A stretch of DNA of 64,000 nucleotides from Octopus sinensis (Eukaryota), in NCBI RefSeq assembly GCF_006345805.1, contig NC_042998.1, positions 195,796,001 through 195,860,000 of the forward strand, given 5' to 3'. Below are positions 37,905-49,100 of the stretch, piece by piece. The notes under the pieces are model-generated. The model worked only from the letters and a program-made list of their open reading frames with translations, did no database searches and had not been told where the DNA came from. Made by a program: the position numbers and the translations under genes. The first letter of the stretch is position 1. Every line of letters begins with the position of its first letter.

Positions 37905-38450
37905 TACTTATTTAATCTATTGCTTTTCAATCTGTTTTAGGGTTAGGGTTAGGGTTGAGGGGGAAGGGTATCTTTTTTTCTTCACAAATGTAAATAAACC
38001 CAATCTGGTTCTTAAACGAGGGACATATTCATATGGCACAGAATGTTTTCACCTCAATAGACGTCAGTGATTGGTTGAAATTAAGTCGATTATATCGACC
38101 CCAGTGCGTAACTGGTACTTATTTAATCTATTGCTTTTCAATCTGTTTTAGGGTTGGGGGAAGGATATCTTTTTTTCTTCACAAATGTAAATAAACTCAA
38201 TCTGTTTCTTAAACGAGGGACATATTCATATGGCACAGAATGTTTTCACCTCAATAGACGTCATTGATTGGTTGAAATTGCAGAAATTGAAGAAAAACAA
38301 CAACAAATATCTTACAAACTATAGAATTTTCTCAATAAAGCCAAGAGAAAATGATGTTTTATAAACACATTCTACCAGTATACGAAGTTTAAAAGTGTTT
38401 AGTTACCTAGAAACTATGTTACAAAGTGCCGTTCAAAAGGAAAAGATCCC
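37905..38450 (-). mobile_element. MITE-like element with GAAAAGATCCC terminus, copy 2 (partly tandem-duplicated)
   Basis: Reverse of 36173-36710; carries the empty AGATACCCT site; ~210-bp tandem duplication at 37870-38290. Confidence 0.65.
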
Positions 38451-39339
38451 TAGATTCTGACCCCATGTATATCTGTCTAGCGCTTGACTGCTGTTTGACA
38501 TGACACGTCTCACCGTCGCCTTCTTTATCCGTTGCCTGTATGTTCCACCGGACTAAATTATTCGGTGAAGGCAAAAAGTGTAATGGAAATAGTTGGTGGA
38601 AAAAAATTTAGGTTCGTTAATTTTTCATTTAATTAATAGAAAAAGGTTGAAGAAGAAGAATAAATATAACCTTTTTATTTTCCATTACGCTCAAGCAAAA
38701 AGTAATTTATGAATTTCTTTCTCTTTCACATTTTCTAAATATCAGTATTTTCTGAATATCACGGAGGGGGGGATAGATTAGTAACTACCATCGACTTCTC
38801 TTTTTGACTGAATCTTTATTTTATTGATTCCGAAGCTATGAAAGGTAAAATTGACATCGGCAGAATTTAAGCTCAGAACAGAAGAACCAATGCCTGGCCT
38901 AAATTGCCATTAAGGTTGGTACAATACTACAATTTCGTTTCGGTATTCAAAACGAACTAATTCATGTTTTATGCACACCCCAGTTTTAAAAGTCTTTTTT
39001 TCTCAGGATCGTTTCTGGTGTCTGAGAAATTCTTTGATCCCTTTTCTGAAATTAGCGACTTTTCTGGGTGAATTTCTGCTTTTGTATTAAAACTGCAGGG
39101 AAAAGGACTCCTTCGAAGATAACTATTGAGATTAAATCGTGAGTAGAGTAATAATTTGGTCTTATTTTTTAGATTTAAGTTCGTTTTCTCTTTGTACAAA
39201 ACCTTTTATTGTCGCAAATCTTTGGAAATCCAAAATTTGTTTAGATTTTACCCATCGTAAATAATATTCTAAAACCTGATGAAACGAGGGAAATTAAGTT
39301 ATTTTCATGAAATTTTCTACAAATACTGTTCAGACTGTG

Positions 39340-39550
39340 GGTACTACTAGCGAACAGTGGTCCCGGTGCGCGCACTCGCGCTAGCTAGTCGTAAGTAATC
39401 GATCCTACAACGACTTTTTAACCCTAACCCTAACCTTAGTTTGTTTATAAAAATAATTTATTTAATTAGTTTTAAAAAATTGTAGGATCGACTACTTACG
39501 ACTAGCTTGCGCGAGTGCGCGCACCGGGACCACTGTTCGCTAGTAGTACC
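39340..39550. mobile_element. Mutator-like MITE, copy 2
   Basis: 71-bp TIRs with 2 mismatches; 9-bp TSD CAGACTGTG at 39331-39339 and 39551-39559. Confidence 0.9.
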
Positions 39551-39754
39551 CAGACTGTGTATATTACGATTATAGTGGAATTTAATATGATGAAATACAT
39601 TTGCTGGGTTCCTACCCACACATAACTGACACACGTCACATTGTATGGGTGGTGGAGCATTTGTTAATTAAGTATTGCACATAATTAATTTGCCATTATT
39701 ATTATTAGTGTCTGAGTTCAAATTCCGCCGAGCTCCACTTTCCCTTTTCCAAAT

Positions 39755-40151
39755 CTTTTTATATAAAAGAGAGGTTGTGTGTCTGTCTCCTACGATTTAG
39801 ATTCCTAACTACTCCCACATTTTGCGGTGCAGTTTAACCAAAACTGGGTATCTTATAGTCGTGATTCATATCGAGCCCTTCTGGGTATTAGCGCGCGTCT
39901 ACGATGAGTCTACGATTTAAAATAAAAATTTACCATCATTTTTTTCCATTTTAATGCATTTTTTCGCTATTATATAAGGGAAGTAACTCTCTAAAAATGT
40001 CTACGATGAGTCAACGATTTAAAAAAAAATTTACCATAATTTTTTTTCCATTTTTAATGCATTTTTTGCTATTTTTTGGCTATAACTCTCTAAAAATGCT
40101 TTATAGTTATTTCCCTTACAAACCCGAGCAACGCCGGGCGATACTGCTAGT
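39755..40151 (-). mobile_element. Non-autonomous Helitron/Helentron-like element
   Basis: Terminus CCCGAGCAACGCCGGGCGATACTGCTAGT; internal tandem duplication ~39898-40075. Confidence 0.5.
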
Positions 40152-40427
40152 TATTATTAATTTCTGAGTTCAAATTCCGCCTAGGTCCACTTTATATTTT
40201 CCAAATAAAATATAAATGAACGGTTGTGATTTCTAACCATTCTTTAGCCTGGGGTACTCTGTGACGGACTTTGGGACTGCAGCATGGCAGTTTGTGAAGA
40301 AGCAGCAGAAGAACTCAGCTGAACCAACAATGCTTCTTATATTGATGCTGGGCAGAGGGAACCTTGTAGTTCAGGGGTCAGGATCACCAGGCTCTATGAA
40401 GAGAGTGACTGCAACGTATCCATGGTT

Positions 40428-40860
40428 ATGTTAGTTAGTTAGTTAGTTAATTTGGCTCAAAAGCAAATAGCAAGGCCATGTAGGGGGACATGGAGTTAAG
40501 TACAGGGTGGTGTTCATGTAAAGAGTTCAGGCCACTTGAGGTCCAGGGAGGCTTTGAACAAAGCGGTCGTCGGCATCTTCACCATCTCGTCTGGCAGCTT
40601 GTTCCACGGATCCGCAACCCGGACGGAGAAAGCTCCTCTCCTTCGATTAAGATGAAATCTTCGCAGGTAGAGCTTTTCGGAATGACCCCGCAGCCGACGC
40701 TCTGGAGCAGGAGTGAAGAACAGCTCTTTCGAGAGGTTACACTTTCCGCTTATGATGTTGTGGGCGAGAATGAGATCACCACGGCGGCGGCGTTTTTCAA
40801 GAGAATAAAGGTCGAGCGTCCTCAGCCTTTCTTCGTAGGACAAATTTTTGAGACCACCTA
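40428..40860 (-). mobile_element. CR1-group LINE 3' fragment with (AACT)n tail
   Basis: LSYEERLRTLDLYSLEKRRRRGDLI...FSVRVADPWNKLP; tail at 40430-40449. Confidence 0.85.
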
Positions 40861-41711
40861 ATGAAAGATTCACAATATCTTAAGCATTCAAATTCAAATT
40901 CACTTTAATGGAATTGGATGGTGACAGGGAATCATGGGAATTCAAGAAGGAGTGAAATGAAGGAAGAAAATGGGTGTGCTTATTAGATTTGTGTGTTGGG
41001 GAGCCAACTTCTTACCACACAACCATCCCTGCACCTCTATGGACATGTCTATATAAAAATGTAGTAAAACTCTCACTGTTTTAATCTCTCTAATTCCTAA
41101 TTATCTTGTATGTTTTACACTGTTGTTTCTCTTTTGTTTCAGATTATCAGATGACCTCAGCATCACAGGATTTTTATATAAACTACATCATTAGTATTGA
41201 ACATCTTACTCATAACACGTATAACCCTGTTTCTATAAATATATACTGAATTGCTGCAAAATATATCTTCTGAACTGACATATGTAGCAAAATTTGTCTT
41301 CTTTATTGTCGGAAATACACAGAAAATTATATTTATATTTGAATTAATCCATTGGCATTTCATCTGACCATATTAGTCCCAAACATCCTGGCTGTTTTAC
41401 ATTAAAACTGCCCACATCTGGCCTCTTACACTCACCCTGCAATGTTATTCTAAACATAAAGAATTACATCACTGAAATCTTAAAGCAATAAGATAATGAA
41501 TGATTAATTCAGAAGAATTTCAATAAACATTACATTTGACAGAGTAATCTGAATGTTAATGAGTTAAAGTAATTAAGAAGGCAGTTTGCAGCATCTTCAG
41601 TTATTACCAAAGAACACTTTTGATGGAGATATATCAGTAGAAATATTTCTGAAGAGCAATATACGAGAAGAAGGAAAACATTTGTGTACTGTGACGAGAA
41701 AAAGGAAAATT

Positions 41712-43580
41712 ATGGAAAATGAATTATTTAGGAGTGAAGTTGAATGTAAAAGAGAGCCTGAAGAAATTGATTTTTCTGATGAGGAGAAGAATGAACAGGG
41801 CAAAATATCATATTGTGATATCTGTGGTAAATCATTTTTTAATACTCATAATTTAACTAGTCACAAACGCACCCATACAGGAGAAAAACCATATCACTGT
41901 GATATCTGTGGTAAATCATTCGTTAATAACAGTTACTTAACTACACATATACGTATTCACACAGGAGAGAAGCCATATCATTGCGATATCTGTGGTAAAT
42001 CTTTTTCTCAGAATGGTAACTTGTCTCTTCACAAACGTATTCATACAGGAGAGAAGCCGTATCATTGTGATATCTGTGGTAAATCCTTCTCTGGAAATTA
42101 TTACTTAACCACTCACATACGTATTCATACAGGAGAGAAGCCATATTTTTGTGATATCTGCGGTAAATCTTTCTCCGAAAGTGGTAACTTAACTAAACAC
42201 AAACTTGTCCATACTGAAGAGAAGCCATATCATTGCGATATCTGTGGTAAAACATTTTCTCAAAATGGTAACTTGACTCTTCACAAACGCATTCATACAG
42301 GTGAGAAACCATATCAGTGTGATATCTGTGGTAAATCCTTCTCTGGAATCGATTACTTAACCAAACACAAGCGTGTTCATACAGGAAACAAGCCACATTC
42401 CTGTGATATTTGTGGTGAATCATTCTACGCGAATAGTCAAGTAATTATTCACAAACGTATTCATACAGGAGAGAAGCCATTTCATTGCGATATCTGTGGT
42501 AAATCTTTTTCTCAGAATAGGAACTTGGCTCGCCACCATCGCAGTCATACAGGAGAGAAACCATATAATTGTGATATCTGTGGTAAATCCTTTTCTGAAA
42601 CAGGTAACTTAACTAAACACAAACTTGTTCATACTGAAGAAAAGCTATATCATTGTGATATCTGTGGTAAATCATTTTCTCAAAATGGTAACTTAACTAA
42701 ACACAGGCTTGTTCATACTGGAGAGAAGCCATATCATTGTGATATCTGTGGTAAATCATATTCTCAAAATGGTAACTTGATCCTTCACAAGCGCATTCAC
42801 ACAGGAGAGAAGCCATATCAGTGTGATATCTGTGGTAAATCCTTCTCTGAAACTGGTAACTTAACTAAGCACAGGCTTGTTCATATAGAAGAGAAACCAT
42901 ATCAGTGTGATATCTGTGGTAAATCATTTTCTCAAAATGGTAACTTAGCTAAGCACAGGCTTGTTCATACAGGAGAGAAGCCATATCATTGCGATATCTG
43001 TGGTAAATCATTTTCTCGAAATGGTACCTTGATCCTTCACAAACGCATTCATACAGGAGAGAAGCCATATCAGTGTGATATCTGTGGTAAATCCTTCTCT
43101 GGAATTGATAACCTAACTAAGCACAAATGTGTTCATACAGGAAAGAAGCCATATGGCTGTGATATTTGTGGTGAATCATTCTCCGGAAATAGTGACGTAA
43201 CTATTCACGAATGTATTCATACAGGCGAGAAGCCATATCAGTGTGATATCTGTGGTAAATCATTTGCGCAAAATATTAAGTTGACTTACCACAAACGTGT
43301 TCACACAGGAGAGAAGCCATATCAGTGTGATATCTGTGGTAAATCCTTCTCTGAAACTGGTAACTTAACTAAGCACAAGCGTGTTCATACTGAAGAGAAG
43401 CCATATCAGTGTGATATCTGTGGTAAGTCCTTCTCTGGAAGTAATCATGTAACTGCTCACAAGCGTGTTCATACAGGAGAGAAGCCATATCATTGTGATA
43501 TCTGTGGTAAATCATTTTCTCAAAATAGTCACCTGACTAGGCACAGACGCATTCATACAAAAGAAGTCACATCACTGTAA
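41712..43580 (+). CDS. C2H2 zinc-finger protein, 21 tandem fingers with short acidic N-terminus (ZNF-2)
   Basis: Intact ORF; first ATG at 41712 ([18 protein letters not shown]); putative exon acceptor at 41143. Confidence 0.92.
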   Translation: MENELFRSEVECKREPEEIDFSDEEKNEQGKISYCDICGKSFFNTHNLTSHKRTHTGEKPYHCDICGKSFVNNSYLTTHIRIHTGEKPYHCDICGKSFSQNGNLSLHKRIHTGEKPYHCDICGKSFSGNYYLTTHIRIHTGEKPYFCDICGKSFSESGNLTKHKLVHTEEKPYHCDICGKTFSQNGNLTLHKRIHTGEKPYQCDICGKSFSGIDYLTKHKRVHTGNKPHSCDICGESFYANSQVIIHKRIHTGEKPFHCDICGKSFSQNRNLARHHRSHTGEKPYNCDICGKSFSETGNLTKHKLVHTEEKLYHCDICGKSFSQNGNLTKHRLVHTGEKPYHCDICGKSYSQNGNLILHKRIHTGEKPYQCDICGKSFSETGNLTKHRLVHIEEKPYQCDICGKSFSQNGNLAKHRLVHTGEKPYHCDICGKSFSRNGTLILHKRIHTGEKPYQCDICGKSFSGIDNLTKHKCVHTGKKPYGCDICGESFSGNSDVTIHECIHTGEKPYQCDICGKSFAQNIKLTYHKRVHTGEKPYQCDICGKSFSETGNLTKHKRVHTEEKPYQCDICGKSFSGSNHVTAHKRVHTGEKPYHCDICGKSFSQNSHLTRHRRIHTKEVTSL

Positions 43581-43619
43581 TTCCTGTGGTATATCATTTT
43601 CCAAAAAGAGCACTTTAAC

Positions 43620-43815
43620 TAGGCTGACCAAAGCCCTGTGAGTGGTTTTGGAAGAGAGAAACTGAAAGAAGCCTGTTGTATATATATTTATGTGTGCAAA
43701 ACAGACTGACAGAATAAATACTAGGCTTACAACAAATAAGTCCTGAAGTCGATTTCTTCGACTAAAGATAATGCTCCAGAATGGCCACAGTCAGATGACT
43801 GAAACAAGTAAAAGT
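43620..43815 (+). mobile_element. SINE family B, internally deleted
   Basis: CTGACCAAAGCC...CAGTCAGATGACTGAAAC. Confidence 0.7.
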
Positions 43816-43914
43816 ATAAATGAACATATATATATATAGGTGAATACTGCTTGCAAAATGGAGTTGATAGAAATAGACTCATTGCTGAAAGACATTTATT
43901 GCACGTAAGGACTC

Positions 43915-44200
43915 TTATCTCAAGGAATTGATTTCTAGAATTGATGAGTTCATTCATAGACTTCGATGGAAAGTTCAGGATGTGGACACACAACAAAGAA
44001 AGAGCAAGGATGCTCCTCAGACAGAGAACAACACTTCATAAAGAACAGATTCATTTCCCAAGTTACAGACATTGTTTATGAGTTTCATTTTCCAAGCACA
44101 ACATCCAAATTTTGAAAGTTTCTACTACCATAACAAATGCATCTGTGTCTTACCAAGAAGTTTATAAAGAGCAAAGGAATGCTTCTCAGTAAACAACTTT
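43915..44200 (+). mobile_element. Degraded Penelope-like N-terminal fragment
   Basis: Translates YLKELISRIDEFIHRLRWKV...FISQVTDIVYEFHF, resembling the RWKA region upstream of PLE RTs (recalled pattern). Confidence 0.4.
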
Positions 44201-45444
44201 AGACTTGTTTCTTTGCTTGTGAATCGGTGGTCACGTCTGCAAATGATGGTGTCCCTGAATCTTGTGAAAGTGATTCAGAAAACAATTATAATAATAATTT
44301 TTTTTTCTTATAAATGATCTTGACATTGTTTTTACTTTACATAAAATATTCTTTACATTCTACTGTTGTTTTATTGTCATTTATTTACAAGTATTATAAA
44401 TTTTATTGGTAAAATATTTTTCTGGGAATGAATTACAATTTATAACATTGCTTCTCTGGGAAATTATTGCTTTGCTTTATGAGTTTTCACTTTAGGAGCA
44501 ATCTCGAAGAAGAAATTAACTTATATATCAAGGCATTATTGTATCTGACATTATTTTGGCACAAGGCCAGCAATTTCAGAGGAAGGAATAAGTTGAATAA
44601 CTACATGGATTGGCATGTGTGCTTTTTACATAAACTAGCACAAATGCTTCTTACAGAGACCAACACCCCAGGTTCAATTCCCGGCATGGGAACGTCTTTC
44701 TTTTCAGGTAATAACATGGTTCAGGTTGGAACCCGGTCATAATAATAAATAATTGGATAGTAATATTTTATGTGCGTCCCCAAAGTCCATCCCCTCCTCA
44801 CCGTGGTAGGGACACTGGCAACGGGTAGTGTCAGAGCTATGCCGCCGGGAAATTCGGTTCCAGGTAGGGCCACCCATGGCAGATTGGTCTGACACCGAGT
44901 AGTAAAGGGCCACAACCTGGCAGACAGGGCTCTGGTGAAAATCCTTGGAGTGTCTGTTTCAGCAACCGGCGGCTCCTTAGTCATTCTGTCCCTGCTTCTG
45001 CGGCAAACAGGATGTCTCCACATGCAGGATTATTGGGGACCACTTGTGAAATCCACATATTCCCAGGAAACTTATTTTATGGTAGAAGAAGCCGACTCAA
45101 CCCGGCCAGGGTGAATGTCGCCACAAGTACAAGTAGAAGTAAAGTTGTCAGCAAATGGGCCCTTTCCATTTATCTGGGTTAATATTTTTATATTTTCTTT
45201 TCTTGAAGCTCTTGATAATGCAACATGCATTTATAATGGAAGGCAAAGTTTACAATATCGGGAGAATATCACCTTCTTCCATTATCTCTTTTTGTTCTTC
45301 GTGTAGTTCAGCCTCCGGCAGGCGAAGAGAGTGGACTTCAAGTGCAAATGTAGTTTACAAGTGTTTTATTTCCAAGTTTCACAGGATAGGTGTAGTGTGC
45401 TGCTCTCAGCTACCATCTTTAGCTGTGTGCGTTGTGTAGTAGCT

Positions 45445-45965
45445 AGAAAGGGTATGGCCTGGTCAGCCTGTAATGATATGCATAAGATCTGGTCATCAAA
45501 TCTAAGTAGAGACTTCAAACTTGAAATATTCAAAGCCACAGTCGAACCAATCCTACTATATGGCTCAGAAACCTGGACGTTATCAAAGAAGCTTGAGAGG
45601 CGGTTGGATGGAACTTACACTCGCCTCCTTATGAGAGCTCAAAATCTCTTGTGGAAGCGCCATCCAACTAAAATGCAAATATATGGGAAATTACCACCTG
45701 TGTCATCTCTTGTGAAAGGTAGGAGAGTCCAGTTTGCTGGACATTGTTGTAGAGCTGAAAAAGAGGTAATTTCTACTCTTCTCCTCTGGAAGCCATCTGC
45801 TCGCGATACCAGAGGGCGCACACTCTCCTACCCTGATGTAATCTCCAGGGATACAGGCATCCAGCAACAGGACCTCCATAATGCTATGATGGACCGTGAA
45901 GTCTGGCGCAACATGGTAAATTCCATTGTCTCGACCACGGTCGAACAATGATGATGATGATGATG
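45445..45965 (+). mobile_element. RTE-clade LINE 3' fragment with (TGA)n tail
   Basis: FKATVEPILLYGSETW, QFAGHC; 7-bp TSD AGTAGCT at 45438-45444 and 45966-45972; empty site at 47382-47388. Confidence 0.9.
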
Positions 45966-47699
45966 AGTAGCTCCATTAGTGCGGGCACATTACCTCTGGA
46001 GGTACAACATACAGACAGGCCCAGCCAATGGAATGTATGTTGTAATACGACCGTTTGTGAAGGGTTTGGTGACATATTTCTCCTCTTGTTCAGCGCACGG
46101 CCACATCCCAACATAATGTTATAAAAGCCATAATACATGTTTATAAACAGTGCCAAAGTAAATAAATAAAGGACTCCAAAAACCATTCTTCTTTTATAAA
46201 GAGAAGATAGATTTTATTCAGAGTGTACAAAGTGATTTGTTATATTTAGCGTAGTGTTGTGTCATGAATGCATGCTTATAATATTTGTGTCTGTGTGTTT
46301 GTGTGTGCGACAAAAGTACAGAATAAGGTGAATGCAAATACAACTGAGCATAAGAGAAGTCTCAACAATTTGAGTTAAACTGAAGTTATTTTACCAGTTC
46401 ATGTAGTACACGATAATGAGTTCTATAACAAGATTTGAGTCTCGGAGCGGAGATTAGTTGAGTCACTTGTTGTGCATATTTTTCTCTTGATATAGATATT
46501 CTTTCAGATATATATACTGCAACTGTTTTTCCGTGGTGAGATTTTCACACTAACAGCATGAGTTGAATCTGTATTTATCTTGTTGTGTACAAGTTGAATT
46601 TTCGTAGATGGAGACGATGTTGGTGATGACGTTATGTCTGTCGCTGGTTTACAATAGTGTCTTCATATTATGGGTGGCTTGGCTGTCGTCTGCCTTTCGA
46701 ACTGGAACCTGGTTGAGTAAGCTCTGTGTGGTCTCCGACCAAGACCTTAAAAGGTCTTAAGCCGAAAGACAGTGAATTGTGAGATGATCAGCCTATTTAA
46801 AGAGTTAAGATGGCTCAATTGAAAGATCCTATCCGAAAGCTGTGATTGGTCACTTTACACACTGGCGCGAAATAAGTAGAGAGACAGACCGCGATTAGAT
46901 GCTAACCAATCAGATCAGTGGACACAACAAGGTTAAACTAGCCAAAGCTGTTCGTAATCTCAAACGAGATCATTCTTAATATTTTTCTCAAACTGAAGAT
47001 AGTAATGAAGAAAGCAATATTGCTACAAATATTAACCCGTAAACGGCAGGAATGGGTTACATGAATGTGTGTGACAAACGAGCAAAAAGTATCTCCTAGG
47101 GATAATTTTTATATTTATTTTCACTTCAAATAAGTAAAAATTCTAAGATGACTAAGTCTCTCTCACAGTAACGTTTATAATAGATAGCAAGGTTTGTGAT
47201 TTCGGGAGAATATCAACTTCTTCCATTATCTCTTTTCATTCTTCGTGTAGTTCAGGCTCCGGCAGGCGAAGAGAGATGACTTCAAGTGCAAATGCAGTTT
47301 ACAAGTGGTTTATTTACAGGTTTCACAGGATAGGTGACGTGTGCTGCTCTCAGCTACCATCTTTAGCTGTGTGCGTTGTGTAGTAGCTCCATTAGTGCGG
47401 GCACATTACCTCTGGAGGTACAACATGCAGACAGGCCCTGCCAGTGGAGTGTGTTCAGCAAGTACTGCCGGTAAGAGGCGGCAAAAGAGAGGAAGAATCT
47501 CAATCTGTTTTGCCTTTATATACAGTTTACCTTTGTGAGCCTTGTTGTGATCTTGCGCTTGGCAAATGGATGCAAGTGAGGTCTCGCTCCAGTCTTGAAG
47601 ATGGCATTGGCTGTCACGAGATCTCATCCAATATGGTGCTGACTGCTTGTGCCGCTACACATTTGACCATGTGTGAAGAATTGTGTCAGGAGATACTCT

Positions 47700-47927
47700 T
47701 TACTCTCTTTTACTTGTTTCAGTCCATTTGACTGTGGCCATGCTGGAGCACCGCCTTTAATCGAGCAACTCGACCCCGGGACTTATTCTTTTGTAAGCCC
47801 AGTACTTATTCTATCGGTCTCTTTTGCCGAACCGCTAAGTGACGGGGACATAAACACACCAGCATCGGTTGTCAAGCAATGCTAGGGGGACAAACACAGA
47901 CACACAAACATACGCGCACACACACAG

Positions 47928-47962
<35 letters not shown>

Positions 47963-48138
47963 AACATATATACGACGGGCTTCTTTCAGTTTCCATCTAC
48001 CAAATCCACTCACAAGGCTTTGGTCGACCCGAGGCTATAGTAGAAGACACTTGCCCAAGGGGCCACGCAGTGGGACTGAAACCGGAACCCTGTGGTTGGT
48101 AAGCAAGCTACTTATCACACAGCCACTCCTGCGCCTAT
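47700..48138 (-). mobile_element. SINE family B
   Basis: Full-length. Confidence 0.85.
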
Positions 48139-48401
48139 GATATTATTGTCTAAATAATTTCAAGGTGGTACCCCAGTATGACTGCAGTCTAACGCAGTTT
48201 AAAAACATAGTTCTATAAATAGAGATTGGTGTTTCTGCATTGTGTAGTATTGTTAAAAAAGAAAAGTTACTCATTTTGTTTAGTTTTGTTTTTTTGCTAT
48301 ATTATATTTTTTTTAGAGCAATAATAAATCTCTGAACGAGATGTAAACAGTAACCACTCGACAACGTAAAGTGTACTAGCCATCTCAATATGGCTAACCA
48401 C

Positions 48402-49100
48402 TAAGGGTGGGTGTTACTGTAGCTTTTAGCCCTAGAAGATCATCGTCTCCAGCTGTCTTTAGGCACACTTTCTGTGCCCTTATGGTATTTAAGGGTGGGT
48501 GTTACTGTAGCTTTTAGCCCCAGGAGATCATCATCTCCAGCTGGCTTTAGGCACACTTTCTGTGCCTTTATGGTATTTAAGGGTGGGTGTTACTGTAGCT
48601 TTTAGCCCCAGGAGATCATCGTCTCCAGCTGTCTTTAGGCACACTTTCTGTGCCCTTATGGTATTTAAGGGTGGGTGTTACTGTAGCTTTTAGCCCCAGG
48701 AGATCATCATCTCCAGCTGGCTTTAGGCACACTTTCTGTGCCTTTATGGTATTTAAGGGTGGGTGTTACTGTAGCTTTTAGCCCCAGGAGATCATCGTCT
48801 CCAGCTGTCTTTAGGCACACTTTCTGTGCCTTTATGGTATTTTAGGGTGGGTGTTACTGTAGCTTTTAGCCCCAGGAGATCATCATCTCCAGCTGGCTTT
48901 AGGCACACTTTCTGTGCCTTTATGGTATTTTAGGGTGGGTGTTACTGTAGCTTTTAGCCCCAGGAGATCATCATCTCCAGCTGGCTTTAGGCACACTTTC
49001 TGTGCCTTTATGGTATTTAAGGGTGGTGGGTGTTACTGTAGCTTTTAGCCCCAGGAGATCATCGTCTCCAGCTGGCTTTAGGCACACTTTCTGTGCCCTT
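48402..49100. repeat. 88-bp minisatellite, 8 copies
   Basis: Units start at 48402, 48490, 48578, 48666, 48754, 48842, 48930 and 49018. Confidence 0.95.

Noticed and set aside
39270-39300. CTGATGA...GAAA hammerhead-like words (also 55940-55990, minus strand)
   Set aside because: No stem I or stem II complementarity.
48402-49100. Twister-like words (GTTACTG, TGTAGC) in the 88-bp unit
   Set aside because: Wrong order, and no P4 or pseudoknot partners found.
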